The notes under the pieces are model-generated. The model was not told the origin of the DNA and did not search any database. It saw only the letters and a program-made list of their open reading frames with translations. Positions 56,433 to 57,551 of a stretch of DNA of 57,551 nt are shown here, piece after piece (the stretch's first letter is position 1; every line of letters starts with the position of its first letter). The DNA comes from a virus (Duplodnaviria > Caudoviricetes): positions 1-57,551 of the IMG/VR virus record IMGVR_UViG_3300009158_000060; one strand, written 5' to 3'. The translations under genes and the position numbers were made by a program.

Positions 56433-57321
56433 CACTACTGAAGCATTGAAGCTGGCGCTTCCATTGCTGGAAGATTGCGTAAATAGCTATCGCTTGAAAT
56501 ATGAGCGCCCCGCTTTTGACAAAGCCATAACCGCCATCAAAAAAGCCTTGGCAAAAGAGCAAGAGCCTTGGTGCATGAAGATGAACGGCTGCAAAACGAA
56601 GTGCGAAGACTGCCCCGATGAGCCGCTAGATATTTGCTGTCAGCAATACGATACTTGTTTAAAGCCTTGTACACCAAGGGCTGTGCATCTTGCACAGCGC
56701 ACAGAGCAAGAGCCTGTGGCGTGGCGCACGTTTGATGGTGAAGGTGGATATGACTACCAGACTTACGAAAACAACGAAAGCTATGCGGATGACTGGAATA
56801 AAAGAAATCCAAATCACAAAGGTTGGGTTGAACCCCTCTACACCCACCCACCACAGCGCACAGAGCAAGAGCCTGTGGCGTGGATGACAATCAACGAGTA
56901 TGGGGAGGAGGATGACATCCACTACGAAAACCCAGAAGGGCATTTGCTTGATGGCTGGACTTACAAACCGCTTTACACCACGCCGCAACCAGTGCAGGAG
57001 GAGTCGCTTGAACCCTTTGAATACTGGAATGCGGTTGAAGGCTGGGTGAAGATTGACGAGGTTCGTAAGCATTTTGGTTCAGTTGGGTGCGGCACGATTT
57101 ACAAGACTGCGGGTGAAGACCGCGTACCCCTCTACACCGCCCCATCACAGCGCACATGGGTAGGGCTGACGGGGGAGGAGGCTATGGACGTAACACGCAA
57201 AGAAGGGCATGAGTTGCTTGATTTTATTTATGAATACGGTACAGGCTCAGAAGGAGTTGAAGAACGCATTGTTGCTATTTGCAAAGCCATTGAATCTAAG
57301 CTCAAGGAGAAGAACACATGA
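56425..57321 (+). CDS. modular EPVAW/PLY-repeat accessory protein
   Basis: repeated QEPVAW...PLYT modules; GGAGG RBS, ATG 56425. Confidence 0.65.
   Translation: MDNTTEALKLALPLLEDCVNSYRLKYERPAFDKAITAIKKALAKEQEPWCMKMNGCKTKCEDCPDEPLDICCQQYDTCLKPCTPRAVHLAQRTEQEPVAWRTFDGEGGYDYQTYENNESYADDWNKRNPNHKGWVEPLYTHPPQRTEQEPVAWMTINEYGEEDDIHYENPEGHLLDGWTYKPLYTTPQPVQEESLEPFEYWNAVEGWVKIDEVRKHFGSVGCGTIYKTAGEDRVPLYTAPSQRTWVGLTGEEAMDVTRKEGHELLDFIYEYGTGSEGVEERIVAICKAIESKLKEKNT
56693..56883 (+). repeat. 32-bp direct repeat pair
   Basis: CACAGCGCACAGAGCAAGAGCCTGTGGCGTGG at 56693-56724 and 56852-56883. Confidence 0.85.
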
Positions 57322-57551
57322 CACCCATACCACTGCAACCCAACATGCCTATGCCTACCGACTACAGTGGCGACCCTGTGCCGCCCAAGCAGTACTACAT
57401 TTGCCCACACTGCAAAGAACAAAGCCCACTGACAAAAGAATGGGTTGACTTAACTCAACAAGAGCTTGACGAATTAGATGAACAAAGCCCATCACTACAT
57501 GAGTTTGTTCAAAATTTAATGTCCAAACTCAAGGAGAAGAACAGTGCTTGA
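57318..57551 (+). CDS. hypothetical protein
   Basis: CPHC; WVDLT...SKLKEKN C-terminus shared with the previous gene. Confidence 0.6.
   Translation: MTPIPLQPNMPMPTDYSGDPVPPKQYYICPHCKEQSPLTKEWVDLTQQELDELDEQSPSLHEFVQNLMSKLKEKNSA

Noticed and set aside
1-57551. tRNA genes, integrase, or stop-codon recoding
   Set aside because: No cloverleaf or recombinase motifs were noticed by eye; genes are intact and densely packed in the standard code

Overview
A 57.6-kb segment of a tailed dsDNA phage genome, probably most of a podovirus-like genome. It has a P22-type portal/adaptor/stabilisation module and a giant ejection protein, with no tape measure or sheath gene. Three blocks are visible. (1) 1-5735 (+): replication genes (SNF2-helicase C-terminal half, SSB-like protein, HTH regulator, primase-helicase). 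(2) 5656-44234 (-): one long late operon with terminase, portal, GroES-like co-chaperonin, scaffold, major capsid protein, many small basic proteins, adaptors, modular tail fibres, a lysis cassette, ejection proteins and a 3282-aa polyvalent protein. (3) 44688-57551 (+): early/accessory genes, including a MoxR-AAA/VWA-metallopeptidase/DUF3150-like triad. No DNA polymerase, integrase, tRNA or CRISPR array was seen. The most striking unexplained signals are non-coding. A ~75-nt candidate sRNA (44297-44371) has three GCAA-tetraloop hairpins and an exposed anti-Shine-Dalgarno tract complementary to the RBSs of several of the phage's own plus-strand genes. A 25-27-bp palindrome is repeated five times in the early region, an inverted-repeat-flanked AT-rich element looks like an origin, and a double-pseudoknot leader follows the capsid gene. 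On the protein side, a DDxxD prenyltransferase-like gene and a GNAT-like gene each sit directly upstream of an ejection-protein gene, and a [MYFL][AK]xGG motif recurs in many internal proteins. All product calls come from motif recognition and synteny; no database search was run.
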